A stretch of DNA of 64,000 nucleotides from Dysidea avara (Eukaryota): contig NC_089285.1 of the NCBI RefSeq assembly GCF_963678975.1, forward strand, positions 12,087,725-12,151,724. The letters are read 5' to 3'. How positions within the stretch are numbered: position 1 is the stretch's first letter; every line of letters starts with the position of its first letter. The notes beneath the pieces were generated by a model that was not told where the DNA came from, ran no database searches, and saw nothing but the letters and a program-made list of their open reading frames with translations. Below are positions 23,889 through 37,352 of this stretch, in pieces. The translations under genes and the position numbers were made by a program.

Positions 23889-26420
23889 AAATGGAACCCA
23901 ATGAAGGACATAACTACATGATGCATTGTATATCCTACGCTATGCTAAATGGCATGTGTCAGATCCAAACAACATCTAACTGTAAAAATATAAAAATCAA
24001 GGACCAAATTCAATTTCAAGACCATAGTGCAAACCACGACAAATATGAAAACATACAGTAATTTCACAGAAACTCTTGGGAAACTTTTTGTAATTTTAAA
24101 GATGTGTTCATTGTATCTCACACAAATATTCAACCGAACCAATACTGCTAGTGCACTATGAGGATAATAGATGTCTGCAAGCAAAGTGAAAAGTTTGTAA
24201 CAACTTCTGCTAGTTTAGCTTTTGTTTACTGGAAAAATCTGACAAGTGGAACATGCACATGTAGTGCTACAGCAATCAGAAGACCTACAAATGTGTAAGT
24301 CAAGTCTCCAATAGCCTATGAAATTCTTGCTAGACCTACAGACCTACATCAACATCTCATGTGAGAAACTGACATTTTTTTCGGAGGGAAAGAAACTGTT
24401 TAACAGATAATAAACTTGAACAGGAGGTTTTCTCATACAGGAATAAGTATACGTCTACGAAATTTACTGCCTTAGAATGGATTACAGTATCACAAGTTTC
24501 AATGACACAAGTCTACTACCACTAACTGGTTAATGCTATTAACATGATTGTATTTGGTCACCACCTTTGATTTCATACCCAGGTTAATAGACACTTGCAC
24601 ATTTTTCCACAGCTTTGTTGTTTTCATACGGATTATATTTTATACTCTATATGGCCCCAAAGCCAGCCTATTAGGGGTTTATTTTTACTCACATCTCTTC
24701 TTATCTATACAGACTCAATGATGACTATTGAAGACAGAAGTTACAAATGCAATGTTGTATTTGACTATCTGACAATATTATACTCTAATAGAACACACAT
24801 ACTTTTAGCTTAACACATAGAATGTTCTAGAACAATCCATTGGTAGGTCTTTGAAATTAGATTTTAGCCAGAACATTTTAAAGCAGAAATTAAGTGAGGT
24901 GATCAGCAGTGGCTCAGTGGTTAAGGATTTCGTAGTCCCTGGTTTGAACTCTGGCACAGTAAGTTCAAGCCACAAAACATTTACAGTCAGTCACATGTGC
25001 ACAGCTATATCCCAGACATATATTGCCAGAGATCACCCACACACCCTGCTGGTACAATGAAATACCTTACAACAAAGTTTAACTTTCTGGGTGTTTAACA
25101 TACTGCATGAAAACCTTCATTTTTAGCACACAGTCTAACACTTAACCTGGATGTGAACAAACAATTTTAGGATATAGATACATCCAAAAACCAGTCTGCA
25201 ACTAATTAAAACATGCACTGCTGAAATTTCACAATATCCATACCACAAGGTGCTGCAATAGTTGGTCTAGCTGCTCCACTGTGTAGTAGAGTCCTCCAGT
25301 AATGTCTGCTGCCTAATACGCAGGTGTACATGTGTAGCTAACAACTCTTGTATGGTTGAATCACTTCACCCACCTGTTGCATGTATCCTGACTGAACTCT
25401 CAGTGTGCAAGCATCAATTACAATTTTCTGTACATCAGAAATTACATACTGCATGATAACTCTCAGTATACACATTATATAAGAAACAATCAGTTCAAAT
25501 ATTAGAACACACTTCGCATAATAACAAAAAACAGTCACCTAAAGCATTGATCTATATCTGCAAAATAACTGATTGGTAATTTCATTTCTAACTAACCTCT
25601 GTAGTACATATATTAAAACCACAATAATATATACAGTTCATAAAATTTTTTGCAGCAAACAAGTTTTTTTTTTTATGCTTAGAAACTATTTGATAGTTAA
25701 CACATGCAATCTGTCAATATGTACTTTGAACAGCAGATGTCTGCAAGTGGAATGGCTATATATGTCTAGCTATGTGGTGCGTAGCTTGAATTGGAGTCAA
25801 CTAGCTACCATGTGACTGCTCTATTAGAGTATCTCTTTCCATTGTTAAAGTAAACATTATATCTCTACATTTTTGATACTTAAATTGTGTTATTCACTAC
25901 AGTCTTGCAGGCAGTAAGTCACACACACATGAAATTTGTAACCTTGAATTAATCAAATACTTGGCTATATCAGCTAACTATACAGGGGAGCATTATAGTA
26001 GCGGTGTAAATAAACTTCGCCACAATTATTCTATATGGAATTTTAACACAAAAAAGCTAACCAGTCAGTACATTATTTACAAGTGTACACATACTTCCTT
26101 CTGTGCTGCAAATATGGCACTTAACGTTGTCATGTATTGATTGGAGGAGTCAGGGCAGCACTTTACCACCTACACAAACACGTGTATATACAATATATAT
26201 TGTACAGAGTCCTACCAGAATTCTTGAGTTAATAGCTTCACCACTAGATTTCTCTCGGTGGTACCTGTGGATGCCTATATTGACCAATGGCTAAGGATAT
26301 GGTTACCTAATTTTGTATTTTCATACACAATTAGCTAGCACACCCACCAATACAATCGTACAGCTATTCATTGTACACTTGTACACAGTAGTATCAACAC
26401 AAGTATTATATTCCCAAATT

Positions 26421-26492
26421 TACACACGCACGCATGCACACACACGCATGCACGCATGCACACACACGCATGCACACACATGCACATGCACA
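26421..26492. repeat. Compound microsatellite (CACACGCATG / CACATG)n
   Basis: Directly visible. Confidence 0.85.
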
Positions 26493-29417
26493 GTACACAC
26501 TCTAAAAGGATACAACAAAGAGACTTGGCTAGAGCACCTGCCAACAAGGGTGAAGACGACACTTGGGTTGGTCTGAGTTCTAAAAAAAGAAAGATGGTAT
26601 TAATGAATAGATAATCCTGTGGTCTTGTAGTGTAGTTCAATCACATGTTCACTCCAACAGAACTCCACCTTGGATGGAGTTCAGAGACGCATTCGGTAAT
26701 TTGATTGGAATTGCAAACGATGACTATCAGTCTACTAACAAAAATTTAATACTTACCTACTAAGTCTGAAAACATTCTCTTAATCCTAGTTGGAAGTACC
26801 TCAGTGACGGATTGCTCATGGTCATTACCATCATCTTGTGCTTCATCCACTGAAGAGTATAGTATAACACTACAAAAAAGATACAGTAACAATTAATGGT
26901 ATCAACTGGGCCTACATTAGAGACAGAATATAGAATGGGCATTAAATCCCAGTAGTATCACTATATTGTAGCATTATGGTAGAACACAACAAAGTTAGCA
27001 AACCACAGGACAAACAGTTGAAACGGTAGAGTGCCTGCTTTTCATGAGGTTGTTGCAGTTAGGTCATGGACTCAAGTCTTGCTGGTAGCATATTTTTGAG
27101 CACACTTTTGTTTTAGTAGACCTTTGTGGTGCATACTTTTTTGAACTTGGCTATTTTGCTTACAGTAAGTTCATAGAATCCTAGTATTGCTTCACAGCAT
27201 ATGGAACATATACAGCACATTTGATAGGTACAGGGCAGACATGGGCAAGCCAATAGGATAACTGTTAATTCATGTCACCCACTTGCCTACATTTAAAATA
27301 AACTGTAGATGCCAGAAAGCGTGCACCTGTGAGTTGCTCAAACCATTGCTTGCTATGCAGCAACTCTACTATGAATAATATTGTTCTTAAATAATTCATG
27401 AACAGATTTTCTTTTTGCAATCAGAGACTGAAGCCATGCATGTTACATATGCCTGCATTGTAGGACGTACACTACTAACACCACATGGTTTTGCACCTGT
27501 GTTGATAATTTCCTTAGCTTACATGCAGTTAGTTAACCCTGCATGTTCACATCATTTCACTATACTTGCCTAAGGCTCATGTACTTTAAAAGTGACATCA
27601 CTATACATAAATAATTATTTTACATGGACTTTTAGTGATCCAGTAGTTTGACATAAAAATAATGTTCACTCTACCTGATTGTAGTAGTGGGATGACTGCT
27701 CTATTAAAGTACAACAATCTGTATAGGCACAGTAAGTAAAATTCTTCTGAGAGGAGATCCCCTACTCATACAACATTCAGAGATCTACAGACTGCTTTTG
27801 AGATTTATTAAATTTTGGGAAAGACCCAGTGCATCCAAGATTAGTTTGTCATGGCCTAACGTTCACGTACATACATAAATTGATTGTGATGGTTGGTAGT
27901 TACCTTTCCACTTGGTGACATAAACAGAACACCAGTTTGTTGTGATGACTCAGCAATAGATGGTTGTTACAGAATACTATAACATCATTGAGCACCTACC
28001 AGGACAGAGTACTCAACACAATATGTTAATTTGCACAAGTTATAGTGTATCTATCATTAGTAACCTCCAATATGGGCAGAACAAATTTGCCCAATTTCTA
28101 AACTGCAGTCATGAGTGCTTGTGTACAGGCCACCGCCTTGCACACAGGACATAAATCGCCCATCAACTGTGGCGGCAAGAGTAACTCTTGGTGGCGGGAA
28201 TTAAACAAATACCATGTGCCATAGTAGTGGAGCTTAGATCTTGCAAACCACCTAAGCCCCACAAAGCCTGTACTGGGGGAGTAGGGCTTATGATAGGTAC
28301 ATAAGCGCCTGCTACAAAAATACCGACACTTATAATCTCTGATAATTACACAATGGTCGTATTTAAGACACTTGCTAGACATTAAAGATGTGAGACCCCA
28401 CTCCTGGGAGAGAAAACAACCAGACCCAGGGGCGGATCTAGGATTTGTAAAAGGGGGGGGGGGGGGGGGGCTAACTCAAGGTTGGGTAGAGGTGTGCAAA
28501 GCATGCTGGAACTAGGGGGGTCTGAGGGCATGCCCCCCCAGGAAAATTTTGAAAAATAGATGCTAAAATACTGCAATTTGGAGACATTTCCACATAAAAT
28601 TCATAATATTTTCTGCCTGCAGATATTTTATATACTGCCTTTAGATTATAGGTATGGCTCTCTAAAGCATTTTGCTAATGGAAAAGTTTGGTAGGTACAG
28701 ACAACCAAGTACATGATGCACCCCTCTCACAATTGCACAATACTGAATAAGTGCATGTTAGAATTATTAAGAATGTTGAAAGTGGAAAATTTTGAAATTT
28801 GAACAATACAAGATTGAATCTGAGAGCATTTTCAATGGAAATTGTGTACCTGAATTAAGTATTTCCATACATATTAACTACACAAGCAGAATGAAGCCCT
28901 TTAAACAGACCAATGCACTTCATTGTATGTATAGGTGCTGGCAGATTTGGAAAAATTCCATAACAGAACCAACTACATGTTTCCAGTGAATGTTCTATTA
29001 GAGTAGTTAGTTGACTGCTCTATTAGAGTATCTCGATCTTGTACACCTCCAATGCTGATCTGGGTCCTTGTTACATAAACTTCAGCATAAATCCACTGAT
29101 AATACCTTGGAAAGATGTTTATAAGGTAATTTTATGAGTATTTGTATTATTAGTGATCATATAATTATGCTAAGACAAAATTTCATTATAATACTCAGCA
29201 TATTGATCAAGTAAAGCCTAAATATGAAGGGGGGGGCTTCAGCCCCCAAAGCCCCCCCCCCTGGATCCGCCCCTGAGACCATAGATAATAGACATCTACG
29301 GGCTCGTACGGGCCAGACAAATTCACATAATTAAATCTTAAGGCGCTTTTCAGTAAAATCAACCTAATTTTAGAACCCGCCTGTCGCATCCCACAAAGCA
29401 TTTAGTATATCACTTAC

Positions 29418-29567
29418 CTTCTGGAGTTCTTCAACGCCGAAATTCAAAGCATCTACCTCCACGATCACCACTAGTAAATTTCCGGACATTATTCGGAGAC
29501 CAGCGTGAGACGTTAAGCGCATGCGCACATCTGGGCTCCTCCTCTTTCCATATCGGAAGAACGCCAT
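29418..29567 (-). CDS. First coding exon of an unidentified gene, divergent from MVP: MAFFRYGKRRSPDVRMRLTSHAGLRIMSGNLLVVIVEVDALNFGVEELQK, followed by a GTAAGT donor
   Basis: ATG at 29567 on the - strand, 50 codons in frame, ending exactly at a consensus GTAAGT donor (29412-29417). It lies 173 bp from the MVP ATG on the opposite strand. Downstream exons were not identified. Confidence 0.45.
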
Positions 29568-29740
29568 TTCATCGTCCCTCAGATCTGTCCTGGGTTTTCG
29601 CCACGTATTCATTGTAGACACGCAGAAACAAGTGAGCCTTATGTAATAGAATCTACTACTTAGCAATAATTGCATGTTACGGGGAGTTCAAAGGTTTTGA
29701 GCAGTGAACTGGGTGACGATTTTTTTTTCTGGTTGTAGAG

Positions 29741-32700
29741 ATGAGCAGGAGGCCAGACGAATCCAAGAACCTGTACCGTATTCCACCGTATTATTACATC
29801 CATGTATTGGACCAGACTACCAATGTGACCCGAATTGAGATTGGTCCACGGACCTTCATCAGGCAAGATAATGAAAAGGTCATCGTTGGACCGGAAAAGA
29901 TGATCACGTGTCCTCCCCGGCACTACTGTGTTATAGAGAACCCGGTTGTCAGGGGTGATGACAAGAAACCAGTGATCGATAAGTCTGGGCAGATTAAGCT
30001 GCGTCATGCAGATCAGGAAATACGCTTGGCACAGGACCCATTCCCATTGTACCCAGGAGAGGTATTGAAGCAAGTGGTGACCCCGCTGAAGGTTGTGCAA
30101 GCCAACTCAGCACTGCGGCTTAGAGCTATTCTTGATTTTGAGTCGGACAGTGGAGAAAAGAGAGTTGCAGGAGATGAGTGGCTGTTTGAGGGACCAGGTA
30201 CGGTGTGTATGTGTGCATGATGCATATGACACAATGTGCAGATGGGCACACCAGTAAGGAGGTAAATAATCTGGTATTTAATGTAATGCAACTAAACTGC
30301 AATAAGTTCACAGCAACAAACCCTTTCTGAAACAATTTGGGACCCTCACATAGTTTCATATTACTTTTACTACCCTTTAAGGGATAATTGTATTCACTTG
30401 TACAAGGTTGTTTATTGGCTTTGGAGTAATTGATGCTAGCCAGTTCTGTTTGATGCACACCATTGTTACACAGGTACATACATCCCTTGTAAGGAGGTGG
30501 TGGTGGATGAAACAATTAGAGCCACAGTGATCAAGCCCAACCAGGCTATCAAGCTAAGAGCAAGGAAGGAAACATTGGTAAGAGGCATTACCATACTTAT
30601 AGTATATCTGTTATCTGCAAATCACCATGTGCCAAGTCCAAGGGTGTTTGGTTTAACATTGTGGTACTATAGTTTCATGTTCTTACCGTTTGTTGGTAGG
30701 ATCGTGATAACAACCCACGTGTTACTGGTGAAGAATGGCTGGTAAAGAAAGTCGGTGCCTACCTTCCTGGAGCTTATGAAGAGGTTGTGGATGTGGTGGA
30801 TGCCTATGTGTTGACTGACAAGGTTTGTGTTAACTTTGTTTGTAATTTCCTAAGCCGTTCAGTTCTGTTATAACTTTGCCTTTTATGATTTCAGGGTGAA
30901 TGTTATTTATGCTTTATTTATTGCCCACCATCTTTATGTTAGGTTGCCCTACACATGAGAGCCTACAGAACATTCAAGGATGTTAAGGATGTGACGCGCA
31001 AGAATGGAGAAGAGTGGCTGATTAAAATGGCAGATACTGAGGCACACATTCCTGATGTATATGAAGAGGTATGTGGATTGCACATGCATGCACTATTACA
31101 TTATTTTATAGGTTTTTAATGTGTAAATGTTTCCAGGGCATGATATTTGATACTTGCCATTTACCGACGATTATTTTATAGGTTGTAGGAGTGGTCAATG
31201 TCACTACACTCACCAACAGACAGTATTGTGTCATCCTGGATCCAGTAGGGAAAGATGGCAAACCACAACTTGGCCAGAAGAAACTTGTCAAGGGAGAAAA
31301 GTCATTCTTCTTACAGCCGGGTGAACGGCTGGAGAAAGGAATACAAAATGTGTATGTACTGGGTGAGGATGAAGGAATTATCTTGAAAGCAAATGAAGCA
31401 TTCAAAGATCCTGAAAGTGTAAGATACTATATCCTCATAATACAGAAATGTCAACTAGGTACAGTGTAATCTCTCTTTAGAAACTTACTAGCAAAACAAT
31501 GATAGGGACAAACTGGCTTTATACAACAAGTTTGCATCTGAAAAGGCATATTACAACACCTAAAATCTTAGTCTCAAAAAGTGTCCAATATAGAAGAGAG
31601 GTTCCATTGATATATTCTTATCCGAATGACTATGTTCATTTTCATAACATTACTACTACCAATAATGTCTGTCACGCTGTGGTACATGTTAATAATCACT
31701 ATAGGGTACTGACTATCGTCCAGGAGATCGATGGATGATTCGAGGTCCACTTGAGTACATTCCACCTGTTAAGGTTGAGGTGGTCACCAAACGCAAGGCC
31801 ATTCCACTTGATGCCAACGAGGGTATCTACGTCCGTGATGTGAAGAGTGGAAAGGTGCGGGCCATCTGTGGCTCTACATACATGTTGACTCAAGATGAAG
31901 AGCAATGGGCCAAGGAACTACCCCCAGGTGTAGAGGAGTTACTAGCAGAAGGGAAAGACCCTTTAGCTGACCGATCAGATCGATGTAAGTTGACATGTGT
32001 ATATAGTATGTGTAATGAGAATAATTTTTGTGCAGCACGGACATCTGCCAACATAAAGAGAGAAAAGACCAAAGTTGTTTCTTTCCGAGTACCACACAAT
32101 GCAGCTGTACAGATCTATGACTACAAGGAAAAAACTGCTCGAGTTGTGTTTGGTCCTGAATTAGTGATGCTGCGACCAGATGAACAGTTTACACAACTTA
32201 GCCTGTCTGGTGGCAAGCCCAAGAGGCCGAACGTAATCAAGTCACTGTGCTTGTTGTTGGGACCCGACTTCTGTACTGATATCATCACCATAGAAACTGC
32301 AGATCATGCTCGACTACAACTGCAGCTTTCTTATAATTGGTGAGCGTTATATAAAATTGTGCATAACAGTAGTGGCTCTAAACTATTAGTATTTTCATAT
32401 TTTGTTTAATTTTTTAGGCATTTTGAGGTTGTTGATCGCAGCGATGTAAAGGATGCTGCTAAACTGTTCTCCGTACCAGACTTTGTTGGAGATGCTTGTA
32501 AAGCTATTGCCTCACGTGTGAGAGGAGCAGTAGCTGGTGTACAGTTTGATGACTTTCACAAGGTGCATATTAGTGAAGATGTTGTAACACCAGCAATGCA
32601 CATTAGAATATGCACATACTGTGCTGTGTACGTACACACGGCAGACTTGCTGTATTACATACATCTTTGACCTGCTGTTGTTACACGATCACAACTACTC

Positions 32701-34397
32701 AGCAACCTTTAGAGTATTCCTCGTGGTCAGTCAATTCCTCCAGACTATTCACCTTGTAAGATGGTGTACTATGTCTCTTGAGTAAAGGTGTGAGTACCTG
32801 AACCTCACCTGGTATGTTATGCCTGGATAGTTTACCATTACTTCCTCAGTTCCACTTTGACTTAGTAAGCAATGTAAAAGTTGTAAGGTAACAGTAACTG
32901 CAGGTGCCACTGACCTGCCACACAAACCATGTTCTTTATGCAGTTTTATGTGTACATACAAACACTTTCTATATATTCATAGAATTATACATGTTTTATT
33001 TTCTCTTCAGAACTCAGCCAGGATTATTCGTACATCTGTGTTTGGCCTGGATGATAACCAGAAAGTCCGCAATCGTTTTGAGTTCCCAGCTAACAACCTG
33101 GTGATCACCAGTATTGATATCCAGTCAGTGGAGCCAGTTGATCAGAGGACCAGGGATGCTCTGCAGAAGTCAGTACAATTGGCCATTGAGATCACCACAA
33201 ACTCTCAGGAAGCATCTGCTAGGTGAGAGCAGTCATTTTGAATTTGACAGTATAAATGTACAGAAATGTTACACAGTTCAGTAATGTTGTTGGATTGTTT
33301 GTGTTACTGTACACCATATTAATTATAGGCATGAAGCAGAGAGGTTGGAACAAGAGGCAAAGGGACGTCTAGAAAGACAGAAGATTATGGATGAAGCTGA
33401 GGCAGAGAGAGCAAGAAAGGAACTTCTTGAACTACAAGCACATAGGTCAGTACATCAGTTATCAGTGTTTCTTCTGTTCTGTTGATCCAAGTTTGAGCAT
33501 ATTGTCCACTTCCCTTCTATAATCATGCTCTGCAAGCTTGTGTGTAGCCAGAAAAAAAATTAGAATCTCTAATAAGCACACTGCTCATCTTGTATTTGCA
33601 CCGTTTCCCTCCTTGAACTCTATACCACACTTCTGTCCTTGGTGCAAAATTGATGTTTTAGATTCACATTGACATTAGTATTATTGTATCCATAGTGCTG
33701 CAGTGGAGTCTACCGGTCAGGCTAAGGCTGAGGCCCAGTCTCGTGCTGAGGCAGCTAAAATTGAGGGTGAGGCTGCTGTGGAACAAGCCAAGTTGAAGGC
33801 TGAAGCTTCAAAGATTGAGGCTGTAAGTTAAGCAGTGCTACAAGTGTGTTTACATACAGAGTGTGTGTTGTATTTAATATACACTACCTATACTAGTATA
33901 TTTGCTGACTTATTCTTCTGTTTACATTAGCAATCAGAGTTGGAAAGATTGACTCGGGCAAGAGAAGCAGAGACCAAGTATGTGAGAGAACAAAACGAGT
34001 TGGAGATTACAAAGGCCCGGGAGATGGCCAGTATTGAAACTGAGAAGTTCAACAATATGGTACAAGCCATTGGTGCTGACACCATCAGTGCCATAGCAAC
34101 CTCAGGCCCAGAAATGCAGGCAAGTTGTCGGTTCATTGTTGCATATACATGATTGCTAAACTACACCTAGACCACCTAACTATAGTATTCATGTACAGAC
34201 AAAAGGTGTTTATTCACAATTTTATTCACATGATACAAGTCACTGTTTTCTTGCAGGTCAAACTGTTACAGTCACTGGGTCTTCGTTCAACTCTGATCAC
34301 AGATGGTAGTAAACCAGTCAACCTGTTCACCACAGCACAAGGCCTATTAGGAGCAATTGGTAGTGGACCAGCTAACTCAGAGGAGGATGATGATTAG
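29741..34397 (+). CDS. MVP: Major vault protein, 13 coding exons, about 855 aa
   Basis: Strong homology to MVP over the whole length ([26 protein letters not shown]..., [172 protein letters not shown]). Exons: 29741-30197, 30474-30577, 30700-30822, 30943-31068, 31182-31418, 31705-31984, 32036-32339, 32418-32562, 33005-33222, 33329-33445, 33696-33822, 33931-34119, 34257-34397 (stop TAG). Phases are consistent. All introns are GT-AG except intron 12, which has a GC donor (GCAAGT at 34120). Confidence 0.95.
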
Positions 34398-34686
34398 GCA
34401 TTACTTGGAACTGACAAATACAATTGTTTTTGAAAAAGATTCTAGTTTATTTTTGTTTGTTTAAAGTAACTTTTTGATATGTATGAGTGAAAATTTTAAA
34501 TACTATAATTTTTTCTTACAATGTGAGCAGAATCTGTAGGTGCAAGTTGTTAGCACTTCTAAGTGGCTCAGAATGAGACAAACCATAGAGGACAAGACCA
34601 GTTCACACGAATGCAGACAAGTTAAACAATTGTAATGCACAACTGTTTTAAAATATATTAAAACAACACTGCTTTTTAAATAAACA

Positions 34687-35721
34687 TTATAGCAAAGACA
34701 CATTCAGAGGATCCATTACATCACTTAATAGGCCAGTCCAGTCATACTCCCATGTATCATCCATACTAGTTGCTGCAGGTGAGTTTAATTTAAATGAATC
34801 AGCAGGTATATCCAACTGGTGTTCCTTAAATAGAGATGTAAACAAATCATCATGTGTATTGGTGGTATGATGTTGCAATGTATGAAGGTTTAGTTCTTCG
34901 GTGGGTTCCAATGTGACTGCTGGGCTCCCCACCATTTCTGTACACGCAACAGATGTTGTCTGTTCATTAGATAAGATGAGAGCCTCGAGTGTCTCCTCAC
35001 TACTGACTGGGGTAATACCCTCCTGTGTGTGTCCAAGGAGTAGTGACAGTAGGTCACACTAAAAAGTTACCACATTAAATGATATTTTACACAGTAAAAC
35101 TTGCAATTATTAACCTGAGGATTGTCAAAATGTTGATTAGTGTGGCTGACAAGGGGAATGATGTCTGGGGTTTCTTCTGCTGAGATACCTCACCAAATAC
35201 TGCAGACTTGATTGACACCACTCCTTGCTTGTGGCCAACTGGAATAACCTCTGAACTAGCCAGTATGGTGTTTGCCGATAACAGAGAATCTGTTCTTTGT
35301 TTTAATAACTGGTTCTCTCTTGACAGAGCCTCATTCTGTGAACACAACATACATTGTGACCTATTTCCTTACATACAATAGCCATACACAATTACACTAA
35401 AACAGGATAATTACCTTTTCCTGAAGTCTCTGTACTTGTAGCTCCAAGTCCGTGACGTACTGCCTTCTTTTGTCACGAGTATTCTGAGATGCGACTCTGT
35501 TTCTCATTTTTCTATTGATTAAAACAATCAACTAACTATTTTGTACTGTTTATGACATACCTCTTCAACTGCTTTTCCGCCCTTTCTTCGCTTGTCATGT
35601 CCGCCACTCTTTTTCTCTTTCGCGACTCATTTTGTGGCTGGCCATCATCCGACTTGTGAGGCTGTAGCGGCGATACCAAGGCGTATGGTACTAGTCGCTT
35701 TGGTACCACGCTATCCGACAT
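34687..35721 (-). CDS. XBP1: XBP1-like bZIP transcription factor, whose unspliced and IRE1-spliced reading frames are both recoverable
   Basis: Basic region and leucine zipper ...SRKRKRVADMTSEERAEKQLKR|KMRNRVASQNTRDKRRQYVTDLELQVQRLQEK|NEALSRENQLLKQ... match XBP1/HAC1. Exons (- strand): 35561-35721 (ATG at 35721), 35415-35511, about 35115-35334 (containing the unconventional intron), then 34687-35058. A short conventional intron of 32 nt (35059-35090) or 56 nt (35059-35114) is needed to join the final exon. The unspliced frame stops after a hydrophobic tail (..LSATLINILTILRLIIASFTV*). Removing the 23-nt intron opens a frame through to ...MVGSPAVTLEPTEEL...DDTWEYDWTGLLSDVMDPLNVSLL* (34687). Confidence 0.85.
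35179..35201 (-). other. XBP1: 23-nt unconventional (IRE1/RtcB-type) intron of XBP1, flanked by two 7-nt-loop hairpins that each carry CNG|CNGN
   Basis: - strand RNA: AUCAAGU[CUG|CAGU]AUUUGGUGAGGUAUCU[CAG|CAGA]AGAAACC. Loop 1 CUGCAGU has a 5-bp stem CAAGU/AUUUG. Loop 2 CAGCAGA has the stem GGUAUCU/AGAAACC. Cleavage after the G at position 3 of each loop removes 23 nt, giving a +1 frame change, the same intron length as fly and nematode Xbp1. Confidence 0.8.
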
Positions 35722-35797
35722 TAACGATATAGTTACGAATACAACACTACATAGTGACTTGGCGATATCACCAACTTCTATACATCCCTTTATGTGA

Positions 35798-35817
35798 GAT
35801 GGCGTGTTTTGATTGGT
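35798..35817 (-). promoter_or_regulatory. ERSE-like element (CCAAT-N9-CCATC) about 80 bp upstream of the XBP1 ATG
   Basis: The - strand reads ATTAACCAATCAAAACACGCCATC. The ERSE consensus is CCAAT-N9-CCACG, so there is one mismatch in the 3' half-site. A CACGTG motif also lies at about 35884. Confidence 0.35.
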
Positions 35818-35974
35818 TAATATTCTCAGTGATGCAACTTCACGACGGTTATTTCCGGACACTACTCATACATCATTGTAAACACGTGACATTTTACTTC
35901 CGTTTACTATAGTGATCTGTTCTTAAACAAATAATTATTCCCATTATTACATTCAAATGAATACAATGCATTAG

Positions 35975-37274
35975 CTAGTCAGTGAGACAATCAATTAGAT
36001 CTTGAAAGTCAGTCACAAACCAACTGGCATTATCCTTGACTTTTTGTCTGATGACAGTTCCTCCATAACCAATAAAAGCATCCTAAACAGAAAACAACAC
36101 ATTACAGAAAAGGTTTGTTATTACAATAAGAAGTGACAAAGTACCCACTGGGATCTCCTTGACAAACAAAGTAAGCAAACGTGACCCGCTGAGCCATTTT
36201 GCATATATATTCCTTGGATTCCACTTTATTGTTTCTCTGTTATCTATAGTAACAAACTAAGAAGTGGACAGGCAAAGTTTCAGCCTTTTGTGATGAATAG
36301 TTTCGATGAAAGACAGTTGGAACAAGAGTAAACTTGATCTGTACAGCAACAATACAGCAAATAGATTACAGGCACTTATTTGATCGATCATAACTCATGA
36401 CTGAAACAAGCTAATCAGTCTGTTCACCATGAACCGGCACATCGATAAAGGTATAGTGTTTTCCATGCACGTCTCTGGTTGGACAAAGAAGGCAGCCATT
36501 CCAACAATGAAATGACAATGATAAACTTTATTTCTACCGCATTGTAAATAAGTGCCCATAACTCACATACTGTAGGTTGTACGAACACGAAACAAAGGCT
36601 TTTTCTTACTCCCCATGAACAGGAGAATCTGGTGGTGTATAGGTTTTATAGATTTGGGCTTTGTTTCAGTACATAAAGAAGTGATTAAAATGTAGGTAAG
36701 CTTTTTTAGCATGCATATTTTTACCAAGTTTATTTCTAAACTTTTTAATAGCAAAATGGAATTTCGCAAAAACAGCCAGTTTTCGCTCAGCGGGTAGCAA
36801 ATAGTTGAGGCTTTACTGTACGACACACAATATAAACCTAGTCACCAGTTTCTTAATTCAGCAACTGTATTTAGACACTTACAGCAGGTGGACAGGCCTC
36901 CAAATCAGTTGCTCCATCACCGATCATCACCACACTATGACAAGAAAAGCAGCGTGAGCAGAGTGGGGATTCTAATAAAATAAGTCAGTCAACTGCTGTG
37001 TGCAGCCTGCCCTGGACCCTTGTGTGTGTACCTGACTTTGGACCACAAACCAAATATACAGTGGAACCTCAGTTGTCCAAACCCCTTGGGAATATAGTCT
37101 GAAAAGTCCATATCTCTGAAATTGTATATAAAATATCAGTATTACTCAACTACCCTAATAGAATAGTCACTACTCTAATAGAGTATTCATTTCATAGTTC
37201 AGTTAACCAAGAATCTGGATAAGTGGGATCCAGAAAACTGAGGTTCTACTGTACGCTCTCCTCCAGTGTGCATG

Positions 37275-37352
<78 letters not shown>

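Noticed and set aside
24895-24960. GGCTCAGTGGTTAAGG...GGTTTGAACTC A-box/B-box-like strings
   Set aside because: Likely a tRNA-derived SINE head rather than a tRNA gene. No cloverleaf.
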